Notes: a model not told the origin generated them from the sequence alone. Positions 30,214 through 41,588 are shown, counted from the first letter of the stretch. The stretch: DNA of 64,000 nucleotides from Patescibacteria group bacterium (GCA_041645215.1 JBAZQK010000005.1:23562-87561); one strand, 5' to 3'. Numbers and translations: made by a program.

Positions 30214-33200
30214 TTGGTTAAGAATTTGGGTTTTATGCGCCAATCAAAATTTGTCCCGCCTACGGCTAAAAATAATAATAACCCATTATATCGCGCCCAA
30301 AGCTCCGTTCGTGTTTTAGCGAAAGCTGGAGTTTTTTTGTTTGGCTTAATAGTAATCGGTCTAATTATTCCACTGTTGCCGGTTAAGGCCGTCTCGTCTA
30401 CACCCAATGCGCCCAGCGGTTTATATAAATCCAGTTCTACCGCTACCAGCATTACTATAAATTGGACTGACAACTCAAGCAATGAAACCGGTTTTAGAAT
30501 ATACCGCAATGGCTCTCTGTATGATTTAGTCGGGGCTAATACTACTTCTTATACTGATACCGGTTTAGCCTGCGGCACTACTTATTCTTATTATGTAACG
30601 GCAATTAATAGTGTTAGTGCTCCACCGCCTCCTAGAAGCGGTTCCACCAGCTATAGCGCCAGCAACACCAATAGCTGCACGCAAAACTATTCTAGTTATA
30701 GTTTGAGTTTGGCCGCCGGAGAAACCCTAAATATTGGAACCTGCGGCGTGGCCGGTTCTTCAGGCAGTGGTGATACTTATTTACGGTTGTATTTGGGCGG
30801 CAGTGAGGTAGCTTCTAACGATGATGCTTGCGGGGTGTTGAGTAATATTAGTTATACGGCTTCTAGCGCCGGCACTTATGTGCTGCGCATGGGTTGTTAT
30901 AGCAGTGGCAGTTGCAGCGGCACCGTGGCCTATACAATCAACAGTTTGGCGCTAAAAACGCCGTGGTCGCCGGTCGCCAAAGTTTTTAATTGGTTTAATA
31001 GAGAACTCGGTTTAGTTAAAACAGCCGCGGCCCAGACGGTTTACGAATCTACTGCGTCTAACACTATTAGCGCTAGTACGGCCGCCTGTCCAGATACTAC
31101 TCCGCCCACTAACCCAACTTCTCTAAGCGCTTCTGGTTCACCTTGTTCAGGCAGTAATCCTTTGGCTTGTTCCAGTACCGCGCCGTCTTTAACTTATTCC
31201 TGGAATGCCGGGACTGATGCCGGCTCCGGCATTGCCGGCTATCAAGTAGTTTTGCAAGATTCCACCACTGCCGCTTGGGTAGCCTCGGCTACCGTGGGCA
31301 ATGTTTTAAGCGCTTCTCTTTTTCCCAGCGGTTTAGTTAATAATCGCACTTATTATACCTGGGTGCGGGCTTATGATAATGCCGGTAACTGGAACGGGGT
31401 ATTTTTAATGGGTAATAGCGTTGTGCCGCAAAATGAGACCACTCCGCCCACCGGCAGCGTCAATCCAGTCTCGGGCACTAGTTACAGTGCTTACAGCTAT
31501 AATGTTACAGCCTCTTATACTGATGCCAGTGGAGTGGCCTCTATAACATATTGTACTGTTGATGGCACTTCTAATTGTTCTCCTTCTATTACTTCTGCCA
31601 CTAGTTCTGTGGTTGTAACAATTGCTAGTCCAATAATTACTTTTTGCCACTTTGGTACGGATACGTTAGGCAATTCTAGCGCTGTAGCTTGCGGTACTTA
31701 TTATTTAAGGCCAACCCAACCGAATTCTATTGCGCTTTCTACCAATCAGAATAATGGTAACGTTACCATAGGCTGGTGGGATACTGCCACCAGTGAATCT
31801 AGTTTTGGAATTGCCAGAACCGGCCCAAGTAATACTATTTTTTCAGCTCCAGCTAAAAGTGGCACCGGTTGGACCAGTTATACTGATGTTTCTTGTCCGA
31901 CAGGCGGTACTTATACTTACGCGGTGTCGGCCTGTAACGCGGCTGGTTGTAGCAATGCTATTTCCGATTCAATTATTAAGCCGAGCTGTGACACCACGCC
32001 GCCCAGTGGTACTGTCAACTTTAATCCCAGCGTGAATTATACTTCAGCCAGCAGTTCCGGGGTAGATTTAGGTTGTAGTGATGTGGGTGGTAGTGGTTGT
32101 TCCACTTATAAACTATACGGCCCTAATGATTCTAGTTGCAGTAGCAGCTTAATTACGTCTGGCAGTTATTCTGGTCCAGTTTCAACTACAATAAATTTGG
32201 GCGGGCAGGGGGCTAAGGCTATTAGCGCTAAGTTTACCGATGTGGCGGGTAATAGCAGTTGTGTATCGCAAAGTATTTATGTTGATACTACTCCTCCTAC
32301 TGGCAGCGTATCCATAAACAATGATGCCACAACTACCAGTAGCGCCAATGTTACTTTAACTTTAACTTGTTCTGATAATACTGACCCTGATCTACGAGTC
32401 TTAGCTCCCCCTAGCAATAAATTCGCTTTTGTTTCAAAAATTCTGCATTGGTTAGGTTTGAATTGGATAGCCGAGGCTTTCATCGGCCCCACCGGCAAAG
32501 GCGGATGTCAGTCGTATAATGTTTACACTAGTGGTAATTGTTCTGGTTCGGCTGTTAGTAACGGTACGGCTCCGCAAAGTAGTAATTCCATCACTGCTTC
32601 GGCCACTTTGTCGTCGGGTAGCGGTACCAAGTACATCAGCGTGCAATATATGGACGGCGCTGGCAATACTTATTGCGCTTCCGATAGTATAGTTTTAGAT
32701 ACCACCCCGCCGACTTGTTCAGTAGCTGCTTCCGGCTCCACCTTAACCGCCACTTGCTCTGACACCGGCGGTTCCGGTTGCACCCAAGCCACCAAAACTC
32801 AAACCGCTACCACCACTGGCACTTATACTTTTAATTTCAGTGATAATGCCGGTAACAGCGGTTCTTGTTCGTATCCTTATACGGCTGTGCAGCTGCCGAC
32901 AGCTTGTACCAGCGTGGGAGTTACTTCGATTGTTAGCGGTAGTGGCGCTACCAATGTAACGCCAGTTACTTTCCAGTGTTATGGCTCGTCCGGCGGGTCG
33001 CCTAATGAATATTTGCATACTTATTATTTGAATGGTTCATCTCCGGTTGTGGTAGGTAATCAGCCTTCTTATTTGAACTTAACTTTAGGGCAAGGAACTT
33101 ATGCAGATTGTATTCAGGCTCATAATTCAGCCGGTTACAGCGGTACTACTTGCGGTTCTATGGTAGTAGATACTCAAGGGCCAATTCCGGACGCTGCCGT

Positions 33201-33609
33201 TACTGAAGTTGGTTCAAAAGAGTACAGCCTAACCCCAACTTCAATATTTACCAATATCAAAGGGTCTCGTTATGCAAAAGGTACCACTAGTACCAATGCT
33301 AATGACCCCGCTTTTAGTCTTACTTTGCCTGTAACGAGCCTTTCTGGATTAAAAACTGCAACCTGTGTTCTTAATAAGGGTGCAACTCAAGTAGGAGCGT
33401 CTGTTGGATGTAGAAATTCTAATAATCAAATAAGCGTGTCTTTTACTCCTTACAGTTATACGACAGGTACGAATAATAATGATAACAACGGAGATTATTC
33501 TATAGTAGTAAGTGCAGCGGATAATGCTGGTAATATAAAGAATAATTTTTATACAAGCAGTGTTTTAAATGTTAATAATTTGAAACCCAGTATTACTAAT
33601 GTTCGTTAA
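30214..33609 (+). CDS. Giant Ser/Thr-rich cell-surface protein with fibronectin type III-like and PPC (pre-peptidase C-terminal)-like domains
   Basis: N-terminal TM anchor; FN3-like segment PNAPSGLYKSSSTATSITINWTDNSSNETGFRIYRNG; PPC-like segment GDTYLRLYLGG...SAGTYVLRMGCYS; no T9SS tail. Confidence 0.6.
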   Translation: MVKNLGFMRQSKFVPPTAKNNNNPLYRAQSSVRVLAKAGVFLFGLIVIGLIIPLLPVKAVSSTPNAPSGLYKSSSTATSITINWTDNSSNETGFRIYRNGSLYDLVGANTTSYTDTGLACGTTYSYYVTAINSVSAPPPPRSGSTSYSASNTNSCTQNYSSYSLSLAAGETLNIGTCGVAGSSGSGDTYLRLYLGGSEVASNDDACGVLSNISYTASSAGTYVLRMGCYSSGSCSGTVAYTINSLALKTPWSPVAKVFNWFNRELGLVKTAAAQTVYESTASNTISASTAACPDTTPPTNPTSLSASGSPCSGSNPLACSSTAPSLTYSWNAGTDAGSGIAGYQVVLQDSTTAAWVASATVGNVLSASLFPSGLVNNRTYYTWVRAYDNAGNWNGVFLMGNSVVPQNETTPPTGSVNPVSGTSYSAYSYNVTASYTDASGVASITYCTVDGTSNCSPSITSATSSVVVTIASPIITFCHFGTDTLGNSSAVACGTYYLRPTQPNSIALSTNQNNGNVTIGWWDTATSESSFGIARTGPSNTIFSAPAKSGTGWTSYTDVSCPTGGTYTYAVSACNAAGCSNAISDSIIKPSCDTTPPSGTVNFNPSVNYTSASSSGVDLGCSDVGGSGCSTYKLYGPNDSSCSSSLITSGSYSGPVSTTINLGGQGAKAISAKFTDVAGNSSCVSQSIYVDTTPPTGSVSINNDATTTSSANVTLTLTCSDNTDPDLRVLAPPSNKFAFVSKILHWLGLNWIAEAFIGPTGKGGCQSYNVYTSGNCSGSAVSNGTAPQSSNSITASATLSSGSGTKYISVQYMDGAGNTYCASDSIVLDTTPPTCSVAASGSTLTATCSDTGGSGCTQATKTQTATTTGTYTFNFSDNAGNSGSCSYPYTAVQLPTACTSVGVTSIVSGSGATNVTPVTFQCYGSSGGSPNEYLHTYYLNGSSPVVVGNQPSYLNLTLGQGTYADCIQAHNSAGYSGTTCGSMVVDTQGPIPDAAVTEVGSKEYSLTPTSIFTNIKGSRYAKGTTSTNANDPAFSLTLPVTSLSGLKTATCVLNKGATQVGASVGCRNSNNQISVSFTPYSYTTGTNNNDNNGDYSIVVSAADNAGNIKNNFYTSSVLNVNNLKPSITNVR

Positions 33610-33696
33610 ACAATTATTTTATTGTTAAACTTTAAAAATCAACCTTAATTGGGTTGATTTTTTGCTTTATCTTAGCCAAGATATCCACTTATGCCC

Positions 33697-33725
33697 TTGA
33701 CAAAATAGTGTTTAGGGTGTATGAT
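33697..33725 (+). promoter_or_regulatory. Sigma70-like promoter TTGACA-17-TATGAT upstream of BNR paralog 1
   Basis: cccTTGACAaaatagtgtttagggtgTATGATg; the -10 segment and downstream sequence are conserved upstream of paralogs 2 and 3 (35690-35790, 37670-37760). Confidence 0.5.
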
Positions 33726-33857
33726 GAATTGTTAAATTAAAATAAACAGTGGATAATATAAATAGTCATTGCGAGCGGAGCGAGTGTGCTCAAAATGACA
33801 ATAACAAAGTTTTTTAAAAAAGTCATAATATTAAAAACTAAATATAAAGGTGCAATA

Positions 33858-35477
33858 ATGAAACGATTGTTAAACATATCGTTAGTGTTGCTCTTTGTAG
33901 CAACACTGTCTTACGGCCAGTGGCAGCAAGTTACCAACTGGGATCCTAAACAGCAACTTGAAGCTGTTTGTTCTGTGGATAATAATGTTTGGACAGTAGG
34001 CAATGGCCATCCTTCAATATATCACTCTACTGATTCAGGAAAAACCTGGTCAGCGCAACTAGAGCCAGGCACAGAGGCGGCCGCATACAACGCTGTTCAG
34101 TTTGTCAACAAGAACTTGGGTTATATAGCCGGTGGTCCTATCAGTGGTGAAGATTACGGTGTAATCTTAAAAACCACCACTGGTGGCAGCAGTTGGTTCC
34201 GGCTTAATAATCCTGTAGCCAGCGGTATCAGATGTATGTTTTGGGCCGATAGTTTAAATGGCTGGTTAGCCGGAGGTACTAGGCAGTTATACTATTATAA
34301 AGATACTACTGGTACTAATGGCGGCTTGGTCTGGCGAACTACTGATGGGGGTTTCACGTGGAATATTCAAAAATTTGGTAAGCCAAGATATGGATTTTGG
34401 CGTATTCAGATGTTGTCAAATGGTTTTGGTTGGCTGTTAAGCATGAACGAATTGTATACAACTTCTGACTTTGGTTCTACTTGGCGCAAATACAACAGCT
34501 TGCCACTGTCAGGCGATTATGAGTATTTTCAATTGGTTGCCAAAGCAAACAAAGTCTATATAGTCTTGCGTTCATTTTCATTGAACAAAACTCCAGTTTA
34601 TATGTCGCAGGATAATGGTTTGAACTGGCAGTTGCTTAGTGAATTGAATGGTTTGCCGCTTCGTCCCAATTCTTTGCTTGCTATTGATGAAAATGATTTG
34701 TATTTTGTTGGAAACGATTGGCAAATAAATAGTTATATTCTAAAATCTACTGATGGCGGAAAAACTTGGAAAGTTGATTTTCAGGTTGGTATGAATAGCG
34801 GTGAAATTTATTACACATTACAAATGAGTCCTGATATGAAAACCGGTTGGGCAGTTGGTTCACAAATCTGGCGCTATGTTGTTCCGCCCACGCTCAATGT
34901 TAATCCTGATAAGGTGGCTAGAGCTGGTACGCCGTTTGTAGCCCGGTATTCAACCTATAAGACCTACCCCGGTGATAATATGGCTACGGCAAAAGTTGAC
35001 TATCCTAGTTGGTTAAGCGTGGTATCAAGTACGGAGATTAAAGGCACAGTGCCAAATTCTCTGTTACACAAGAAATTCGTTTTCCAAGTTACGGCTACTA
35101 CAACCGAAGGCGGATTTAAGACTTTCAAGTCGGATTCCATTTATGTGGATGACGTGGTTTGGGTTGAGCCAAATGAAGTTCCAACTAAATTCTCGCTTAG
35201 CCAAAACTATCCTAATCCGTTCAATCCCAGCACCACTATTAGTTATACCATTCCAACTAGTACCGACGTAAAATTAGTGGTTGTTAATACTCTTGGCCAA
35301 GAAATTGTCACTTTGGTCAACGAATACAAAGTTGTTGGCACTTATGAAGTAGTTTTCTCCGCCCAAGGCGGATCCGCCTCTGGCGGAAATGCCAGCAATT
35401 TGCCCAGCGGTATCTACTTCTACCGCTTAACAGCTGGCAACTTCGTCAGCACTAAGAAAATGATGTATCTAAAATAA
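33858..35477 (+). CDS. Secreted BNR/Ycf48-like repeat protein with He_PIG-type Ig domain and T9SS C-terminal sorting domain (paralog 1)
   Basis: Signal peptide MKRLLNISLVLLFVA; repeated TTDGGKTW / STDSGKTW BNR motifs; C-terminal SLSQNYPNPFNPSTTISYTIP...LPSGIYFYRL...KKMMYLK (Por_Secre_tail type). Confidence 0.7.
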   Translation: MKRLLNISLVLLFVATLSYGQWQQVTNWDPKQQLEAVCSVDNNVWTVGNGHPSIYHSTDSGKTWSAQLEPGTEAAAYNAVQFVNKNLGYIAGGPISGEDYGVILKTTTGGSSWFRLNNPVASGIRCMFWADSLNGWLAGGTRQLYYYKDTTGTNGGLVWRTTDGGFTWNIQKFGKPRYGFWRIQMLSNGFGWLLSMNELYTTSDFGSTWRKYNSLPLSGDYEYFQLVAKANKVYIVLRSFSLNKTPVYMSQDNGLNWQLLSELNGLPLRPNSLLAIDENDLYFVGNDWQINSYILKSTDGGKTWKVDFQVGMNSGEIYYTLQMSPDMKTGWAVGSQIWRYVVPPTLNVNPDKVARAGTPFVARYSTYKTYPGDNMATAKVDYPSWLSVVSSTEIKGTVPNSLLHKKFVFQVTATTTEGGFKTFKSDSIYVDDVVWVEPNEVPTKFSLSQNYPNPFNPSTTISYTIPTSTDVKLVVVNTLGQEIVTLVNEYKVVGTYEVVFSAQGGSASGGNASNLPSGIYFYRLTAGNFVSTKKMMYLK

Positions 35478-35617
35478 AAATAATTCTGCCAAGCATCGCG
35501 CTTGGCAAGTCAAAAATAAAGGGTTCATTCAGGTGTTAATTCTCATACAGTTTTCTATAATTGATTACTGCGAGATTTAACACCTTATTTTTTTGTCTTT
35601 TTATCTTTTTTACATTT

Positions 35618-35700
35618 TTCCAATCAAGCAAATACTTCCATACTTCCCAGTATCAAAGTAATTGACGATTTTATAATTATTATGATTTATGCTAAGGTAA
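35618..35700. repeat. Dispersed hairpin element, copy without GC insert
   Basis: caaatacttccatacttcccagtatcaaagtaattgacgattttataattattatgatttatgct; stem aaatactt/aagtattt; related copies at 37590, 39598, 43200, 50362. Confidence 0.75.
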
Positions 35701-35824
35701 CTTGTTAAATAAGATAAAATAGCGTTTAGGGTGTATGATGGATTGTTAAATCAAAATAAACAGTGGATAATATAAATAGTTGAACCAAAAAAGTTTTTTA
35801 AAAACATATATAAGGAATCTAGTC

Positions 35825-37435
35825 ATGAGAACAATAGTTAAGTTGTTCCTAGTTTTGTTTGTATTATTTGTTGCCCCTGTAATGGCTCTTTACCAGCAGG
35901 GAGTTTCATTGCCAACGCAATGGACCAATGTCAGCTCGGAAATAGACTTGTATGCTATTGAAACACTGGACGGCGTGAATGTTTACGCTGCCGGCGGCGC
36001 TAAAATACTCTGCTCTCATAATGGTGGTCAAACCTGGACCAAGCCAGTAACTGATGATGTCTGGTTTAAAGGCATTAAAGTATTTGATAATAACAATGTT
36101 TTAGTTTACGGCGGCGCTTACGGCGACGGTGTTATTTATCAAACCACCGATGGCGGCCAAACCTGGACCATAAATCGTTTAACCGGCCTTAATCTTATAA
36201 TGTCCATGCATTTTTTGGACAGGTTAAATGGTTGGATAACGAGTTATGACGTTGTGGAAATTAATCTTATGGTCATTCGTATACACAAAACTACCGACGG
36301 CGGCCAAACCTGGACTCTAGCCCATTCTTTTATTAGTAGTTATAGACTGCGAAGTATTTGGGCAGTCAATCAAAATACTGTTATAGCCGCAGGCGATAGT
36401 GCTCGAGTTATTATAACTACCAATGCTGGTGTAACCTGGAATAAGATTACTATGCCTAGTGCTGGTCTTACTACTAGCTTTGAATCAATTGTGTTTACCA
36501 ATAATTCTACCGGCTTAATAGCAGGAAATCAGACATCAAGTCAGGGTAATTATGTATTTAAAACTACCGATGGCGGTAAAACTTGGACAATTGTTTTTGG
36601 TAATAAAGATTATTATATTTACCATTTGCAAATGCTGGATAGTAATAATGGTTACGCGGTTGGACAAGTAGGTAAATGGAACCCGGGTAGGATATATGGT
36701 GCCTTATTTAAAACTACTGATGGTGGAAACAATTGGCAGGAAATGTTAGCTAACGGCGATAATAATGCTTACTACGGTGTTAGTTTTATCAATCAGGAAA
36801 GTGGTTTTATCGCTGGTCTTGATGGCATCTATAAGTATCAAAATCATTGGCCTAAGTTTAATATTACCAGCCTAGCCACCGTGGCTTATGTAGATAGTAC
36901 TTATCGGCAAAAGTTGCAGGCGACTGACGTAGATGGCGATAGTCTGCGTTTCAGTTTGGTGAACAGTCCGGTATTCTTGCACATAGTTGATAGTACAATC
37001 ACTGGCAAGCCAACCACTGCTGATACAGGTAGTTATTTAATTACAGTGGTAGTTAGCGATGGCAAGGGTGGAACTGACACCTTAAAGTATAACCTTAAGG
37101 TAGATAAGCTAACTGGTATTGATGATAGTCAAACTGTTCCAGTTACTTATAGTTTGAGCCAAAACTATCCCAATCCGTTTAACCCAAGTACAACTATTGT
37201 TTATTCCATTCCAACCTCCTGCCAAGTTAAGCTTCAAGTTTTAGACATACTTGGCCGAGAAATCGTTGAGTTAGTCAACGAGCAAAAATTCGCTGGCAGT
37301 TACGAAGTAGTTTTTTCCGCCCAAGGCGGATCCGCCTCTGGCGGAAATGCCAGCAATTTGCCTAGCGGTATCTACTTCTATCGCTTGCAAGCTGGCAACT
37401 TCGTCAGCACTAAGAAAATGATGTATCTAAAATAA
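35825..37435 (+). CDS. Secreted BNR/Ycf48-like repeat protein with T9SS C-terminal sorting domain (paralog 2)
   Basis: Signal peptide MRTIVKLFLVLFVLFVAPVMA; TTDGGQTW repeats; He_PIG-like segment; C-terminal SLSQNYPNPFNPSTTIVYSIP...YFYRL...KKMMYLK. Confidence 0.7.
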   Translation: MRTIVKLFLVLFVLFVAPVMALYQQGVSLPTQWTNVSSEIDLYAIETLDGVNVYAAGGAKILCSHNGGQTWTKPVTDDVWFKGIKVFDNNNVLVYGGAYGDGVIYQTTDGGQTWTINRLTGLNLIMSMHFLDRLNGWITSYDVVEINLMVIRIHKTTDGGQTWTLAHSFISSYRLRSIWAVNQNTVIAAGDSARVIITTNAGVTWNKITMPSAGLTTSFESIVFTNNSTGLIAGNQTSSQGNYVFKTTDGGKTWTIVFGNKDYYIYHLQMLDSNNGYAVGQVGKWNPGRIYGALFKTTDGGNNWQEMLANGDNNAYYGVSFINQESGFIAGLDGIYKYQNHWPKFNITSLATVAYVDSTYRQKLQATDVDGDSLRFSLVNSPVFLHIVDSTITGKPTTADTGSYLITVVVSDGKGGTDTLKYNLKVDKLTGIDDSQTVPVTYSLSQNYPNPFNPSTTIVYSIPTSCQVKLQVLDILGREIVELVNEQKFAGSYEVVFSAQGGSASGGNASNLPSGIYFYRLQAGNFVSTKKMMYLK

Positions 37436-37589
37436 AAAAATCTGCCAAGCATCGCGCTTGGCAAGTCAAAAATAAAGGGTTCATTCAGGTGTTAATTCTC
37501 ATACAGTTTTCTATAATTGATTACTGCGAGATTTAACACCTTATTTTTTTATTATTCTTATCTTTTTTCATTTTTCCAATCAAGCAATT

Positions 37590-37672
37590 ACTTCCATACT
37601 TCCCAGTATCAAAGTAATTGACGATTTTATAATTATTATGATTTATGCTAAGGTAACTTGTTAAATAAGACA
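37590..37672. repeat. Dispersed hairpin element copy (no GC insert)
   Basis: Near-identical to 35618..35700. Confidence 0.75.
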
Positions 37673-37875
37673 AAATAGCGTTTAGGGTGTATGATGAATT
37701 GTTAAATTAAAATAGACAGTGGATAATATAAATAGTCATTCTGAAGCTGATGTTCATCGGCTGAAGAATCTAAAGCGAATAATCAAAATGTTACAGATTT
37801 TTCGCTTCGCTCAAAATGACAATAAAAAAGTTTTTTAAAAAAGTTAATAATATCAAATAAATAAAAGGTGACAAA

Positions 37876-39462
37876 ATGAAACGATTAATTATTTTAATCG
37901 TAATACTTGGTTTAGTTTTTTCTAAACCGGTAATTGGTCAATGGACCAAAGTAACTCAAGGCAATTACATGGGCCTTGAAGACATATCGTTTGCCGATGC
38001 TCAGAACGGCATTGCGGTATCTGACCTTGGTCTGCATTATACAACTGATGGTGGCAAAACCTGGCCTGATTATGCTGATTGGAATATGCTCTGGAAATCA
38101 TACACTTATGTGCATTTTCTAGACAATCAGACTGGTTGGATTTTAGGCTATGACGCGGGTGAGCCAGGATACTTTTTTAAAAGTATTGATGCTGGCAAAA
38201 CCTGGCAACAGGTGCAGAATCCGGTTAATGGGTTGATGTATAAAATGTTCTGGCTTAATTCCAATATTGGTTATGCTTTTGGCGGCACGCGCGGCCTCTT
38301 ATTCCGTGGCGACACTACCGGCACTAATGTTGGCTATATTTGGAAAACAACTAACGCTGGCACCACCTGGACCGCCGCCGCAGTTGGCAAGCCTTATGGC
38401 GGTTTTAACGATATGTGGATGCAGTCAAATGGCAAAGGCATACTGATTGGTCCGTATGTTATGTATTCAACGACTGACTTTGGTAATTCCTGGCAAAAGA
38501 AAAATTTTCTTCTTCAAACTAATGAAATATTAAAGAAAGTTTATTTCTTTAATGAGAATGATGGATTTATTTTTTCTTTTAAGTATAAAAATGGTTCATA
38601 TACCAGGTTATATAAAACCAAAGATGGCGGTGCAACTTGGCAATTATGGTCGGAAATTAGTAAGTTTGATATAGGTTTTATGAGTCCGGTTTGTGTGGTT
38701 AATGTTAATAATATTGTGTTATCAGGTAGTTATAGTAATTCGGTAGACACAGCCAATTATCAAGTCAAGCGTTCTATTGATGGCGGTAAAACTTGGCAAA
38801 CCGAATTAACGAATTTTGATAACAATGATTATATGCAGACCATCAAAAAGTTCGGTAACACCTATTGGGGTGTTGGCGCACAAATTTGGCGCTGCGATAA
38901 TGTACCTCCAATGTTTACTGTCAATATAGGCGATTCAATAGCCTATGTTGATTCGCAATATATCCAAGCCTTACAAGCTGTTGACGTGGAAGGTGACCCC
39001 TTAACGTTTAAATTATTAAACGCTCCCCAATTTCTGTCTGTGGCTGATAGCTATGTAAAAGGAATTCCCCGGTCTACCGATATTGGCAAATATGTCATAA
39101 GAGTTGAGGTGTCAGACGGCAAGGGTGGCAAGGATACATTGTCCTATAACCTGAAAGTTGATTTCGCCACCGGCGTTGAGGATGAATTAAGTATTCCAAC
39201 TGAATTCTCGCTTAGTCAAAACTATCCCAATCCGTTTAACCCCAGCACAACCATTAGTTACAGTATTCCAACTTCCTGCCAAGTTCGTTTAACAGTTTTA
39301 GACATACTTGGCCGAGAAATCGTCACATTGGTTGACGAGCATAAATTCGTTGGCAGTTACAATGTAACTTTCACCGCCAGCAATTTGCCCAGCGGTATCT
39401 ACTTCTACCGCTTAACCGCTGGTACTTTCACAAATACCAAAAAAATGACACTCGTTAAATAA
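37876..39462 (+). CDS. Secreted BNR/Ycf48-like repeat protein with T9SS C-terminal sorting domain (paralog 3)
   Basis: MKRLIILIVILGLVFS signal peptide; BNR motifs; VDVEGDPLTFKLLNAPQFLSV He_PIG-like segment; C-terminal NYPNPFNPSTTISYSIP...YFYRL. Confidence 0.7.
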   Translation: MKRLIILIVILGLVFSKPVIGQWTKVTQGNYMGLEDISFADAQNGIAVSDLGLHYTTDGGKTWPDYADWNMLWKSYTYVHFLDNQTGWILGYDAGEPGYFFKSIDAGKTWQQVQNPVNGLMYKMFWLNSNIGYAFGGTRGLLFRGDTTGTNVGYIWKTTNAGTTWTAAAVGKPYGGFNDMWMQSNGKGILIGPYVMYSTTDFGNSWQKKNFLLQTNEILKKVYFFNENDGFIFSFKYKNGSYTRLYKTKDGGATWQLWSEISKFDIGFMSPVCVVNVNNIVLSGSYSNSVDTANYQVKRSIDGGKTWQTELTNFDNNDYMQTIKKFGNTYWGVGAQIWRCDNVPPMFTVNIGDSIAYVDSQYIQALQAVDVEGDPLTFKLLNAPQFLSVADSYVKGIPRSTDIGKYVIRVEVSDGKGGKDTLSYNLKVDFATGVEDELSIPTEFSLSQNYPNPFNPSTTISYSIPTSCQVRLTVLDILGREIVTLVDEHKFVGSYNVTFTASNLPSGIYFYRLTAGTFTNTKKMTLVK

Positions 39463-39597
39463 AATTTTCTGGTGTCATTCTGAAGCCCTCCTTAAGAGGG
39501 CTGAAGAATCTAATAAAATAATGGTTTAGGTGTTAGAGATGCAGTACTCATAATCAGTATTCGCTCTAACACCTTATTTTTTATCGCGAACTCTTTT

Positions 39598-39700
39598 TGA
39601 CAAATACTTCCATACCCACGCACCAGCCCGACCAAGTCGGGGCGGTGCGGGACTTCGCTTCCCAGTATCAAAGTATTGGTCGATTTTATAATTATAGATC
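39598..39700. repeat. Dispersed hairpin element copy carrying a GC-rich hairpin insert
   Basis: aaatacttccataCCCACGCACCAGCCCGACCAAGTCGGGGCGGTGCGGGACTTCGCttcccagtatcaaagtattggtcgattttataatta. Confidence 0.75.
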
Positions 39701-39998
39701 CAATATGCCATTGACAAGGGTATATTTTAGAACTATAGTAAAGTGTTAAATCTATAAAAATAGTTCATACTATTAAATAGTCCCGTTGTTGTTTTGAGAA
39801 GTTAGTCATTGTGTAGTTCTTGTCTGTCATTGCGAGGAAGTCGATTCATATCGGCTGACGCGGCAATCTCATTCTTCTTAAACCAATAATAAAGTGTCAT
39901 CCTGCTTGCCCCGCCTTGGCGGAGGAACAAAGTGAAGGATCTAACAAAGTTTTTTAAAAAAGTTAATAATATTATAAACAAACTATAAAGGTGATAAG

Positions 39999-41588
39999 AT
40001 GAAACGATTAATTATTTTAATCGTAATACTTGGTTTAGTTTATTCTGAACCGGTAATTGGTCAATGGACCAAAGTAACTCAAGGCCAGTTTAAGGGCCTT
40101 CAAGATGTATCGTTTGCCGACGCCAACAACGGCACTGCTGTTGCTGACCTTAGTACATACCGCACCACTGATGGCGGCCATACTTGGTCAGTTTATCCAG
40201 ACTGGAATATGATTTGGAAATCATACACCTATGTTCATTTCTTGGATAATCAAGTCGGTTGGATACTAGGCTATGACGCGGGTGAGCCAGGCTACTTTTT
40301 CAAAAGTATTGATGCTGGCAAAACTTGGCAGCAAGTTGCCAATCCGGTTAATGGATTAATGTACAAAATGTTCTGGTTAAATGCCACTGTTGGTTATGCT
40401 TTTGGCGCCACGCGCGGCATCACTTTCCGTGGCGATACTACCGGCACTAATGTCGGCTATGTCTGGAAAACAACTAATGCTGGTACCACCTGGACCGCGG
40501 CCGCAGTCGGTAAGCCTCGTTGGGGTTTTAATGATATGTGGATGCAGCCAAGCGGAAAGGGTATATTAATTGGCGGGTATGTTATGTATTCAACTTCTGA
40601 TTTTGGTAATTCCTGGCAAAAGAAAAATTTCCTTCTTCAACCTAATGAGATATTAAAAAAAATATATTTCTTTAATGAGAAAGATGGATTGATTTTTTCT
40701 TTTAAGGCAGAAAATGATGGTTCATATACTAGGTTATATAAGACAAATAACGGTGGTATAACCTGGCAATTGTGGTCGGAAATTAGTAAGTTTTATATAG
40801 CTTTTATGAGTCCGGTTTGTGTGGTTAATGTTAATAATATTGTACTATCAGGTATTTATTATAACTCAATAGATACATTAGATTATCATATAAAACGTTC
40901 TATTGACGGCGGTAAAACCTGGCAAACTGAATTAAGGAATTTTGATAGCAACGATTATATGCAGACCATCAAAAAGTTCGGTAATACTTATTGGGGTGTT
41001 GGCGCGCAAATTTGGCGGTGCGATAACGTACCTCCAATATTCACCATTAACATTGGCGATTCAATAGCTTATGTTGATTCGCAGTATACTCAAGCTTTAA
41101 AAGCTGTGGATGTAGATGGTGACCAATTAACATTTAGGTTGCTAGGTGCTCCTCAATTTCTGTCTGTGGCTGATAGTTATGTAAAAGGAATTCCCCGGTC
41201 TACTGACATTGGCAAATATGTTATAAAAGTTGAAGTGTCAGACGGCAAGGGTGGAAAAGATACTTTGTCTTACAACCTGAAAGTTGATTTCGCCACAGGT
41301 GTTGAGGACGAATTAAGTATTCCAACTAAGTTCTCCTTAAGCCAAAACTATCCTAATCCATTCAATCCAAGTACAACTATTAGTTATTCAGTTCCAACTT
41401 CCTGCCAAGTTCGTCTAACGGTTTTAGACATACTTGGCCGAGAAATCGTTACACTAGTTAACGAGTATAAAGTTGTTGGCACTTATGAAGTTAATTTCTC
41501 CGCCAACAATTTACCTAGCGGTATCTACATCTACCGCTTAATCGCTGGTCAGTTCTCACAAACCAAAAAAATGACACTCATAAAATAA
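39999..41588 (+). CDS. Secreted BNR/Ycf48-like repeat protein with T9SS C-terminal sorting domain (paralog 4)
   Basis: About 85% identical to paralog 3 by eye; same signal peptide and C-terminal NYPNPFNPSTTISYSVP...YIYRL. Confidence 0.7.
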   Translation: MKRLIILIVILGLVYSEPVIGQWTKVTQGQFKGLQDVSFADANNGTAVADLSTYRTTDGGHTWSVYPDWNMIWKSYTYVHFLDNQVGWILGYDAGEPGYFFKSIDAGKTWQQVANPVNGLMYKMFWLNATVGYAFGATRGITFRGDTTGTNVGYVWKTTNAGTTWTAAAVGKPRWGFNDMWMQPSGKGILIGGYVMYSTSDFGNSWQKKNFLLQPNEILKKIYFFNEKDGLIFSFKAENDGSYTRLYKTNNGGITWQLWSEISKFYIAFMSPVCVVNVNNIVLSGIYYNSIDTLDYHIKRSIDGGKTWQTELRNFDSNDYMQTIKKFGNTYWGVGAQIWRCDNVPPIFTINIGDSIAYVDSQYTQALKAVDVDGDQLTFRLLGAPQFLSVADSYVKGIPRSTDIGKYVIKVEVSDGKGGKDTLSYNLKVDFATGVEDELSIPTKFSLSQNYPNPFNPSTTISYSVPTSCQVRLTVLDILGREIVTLVNEYKVVGTYEVNFSANNLPSGIYIYRLIAGQFSQTKKMTLIK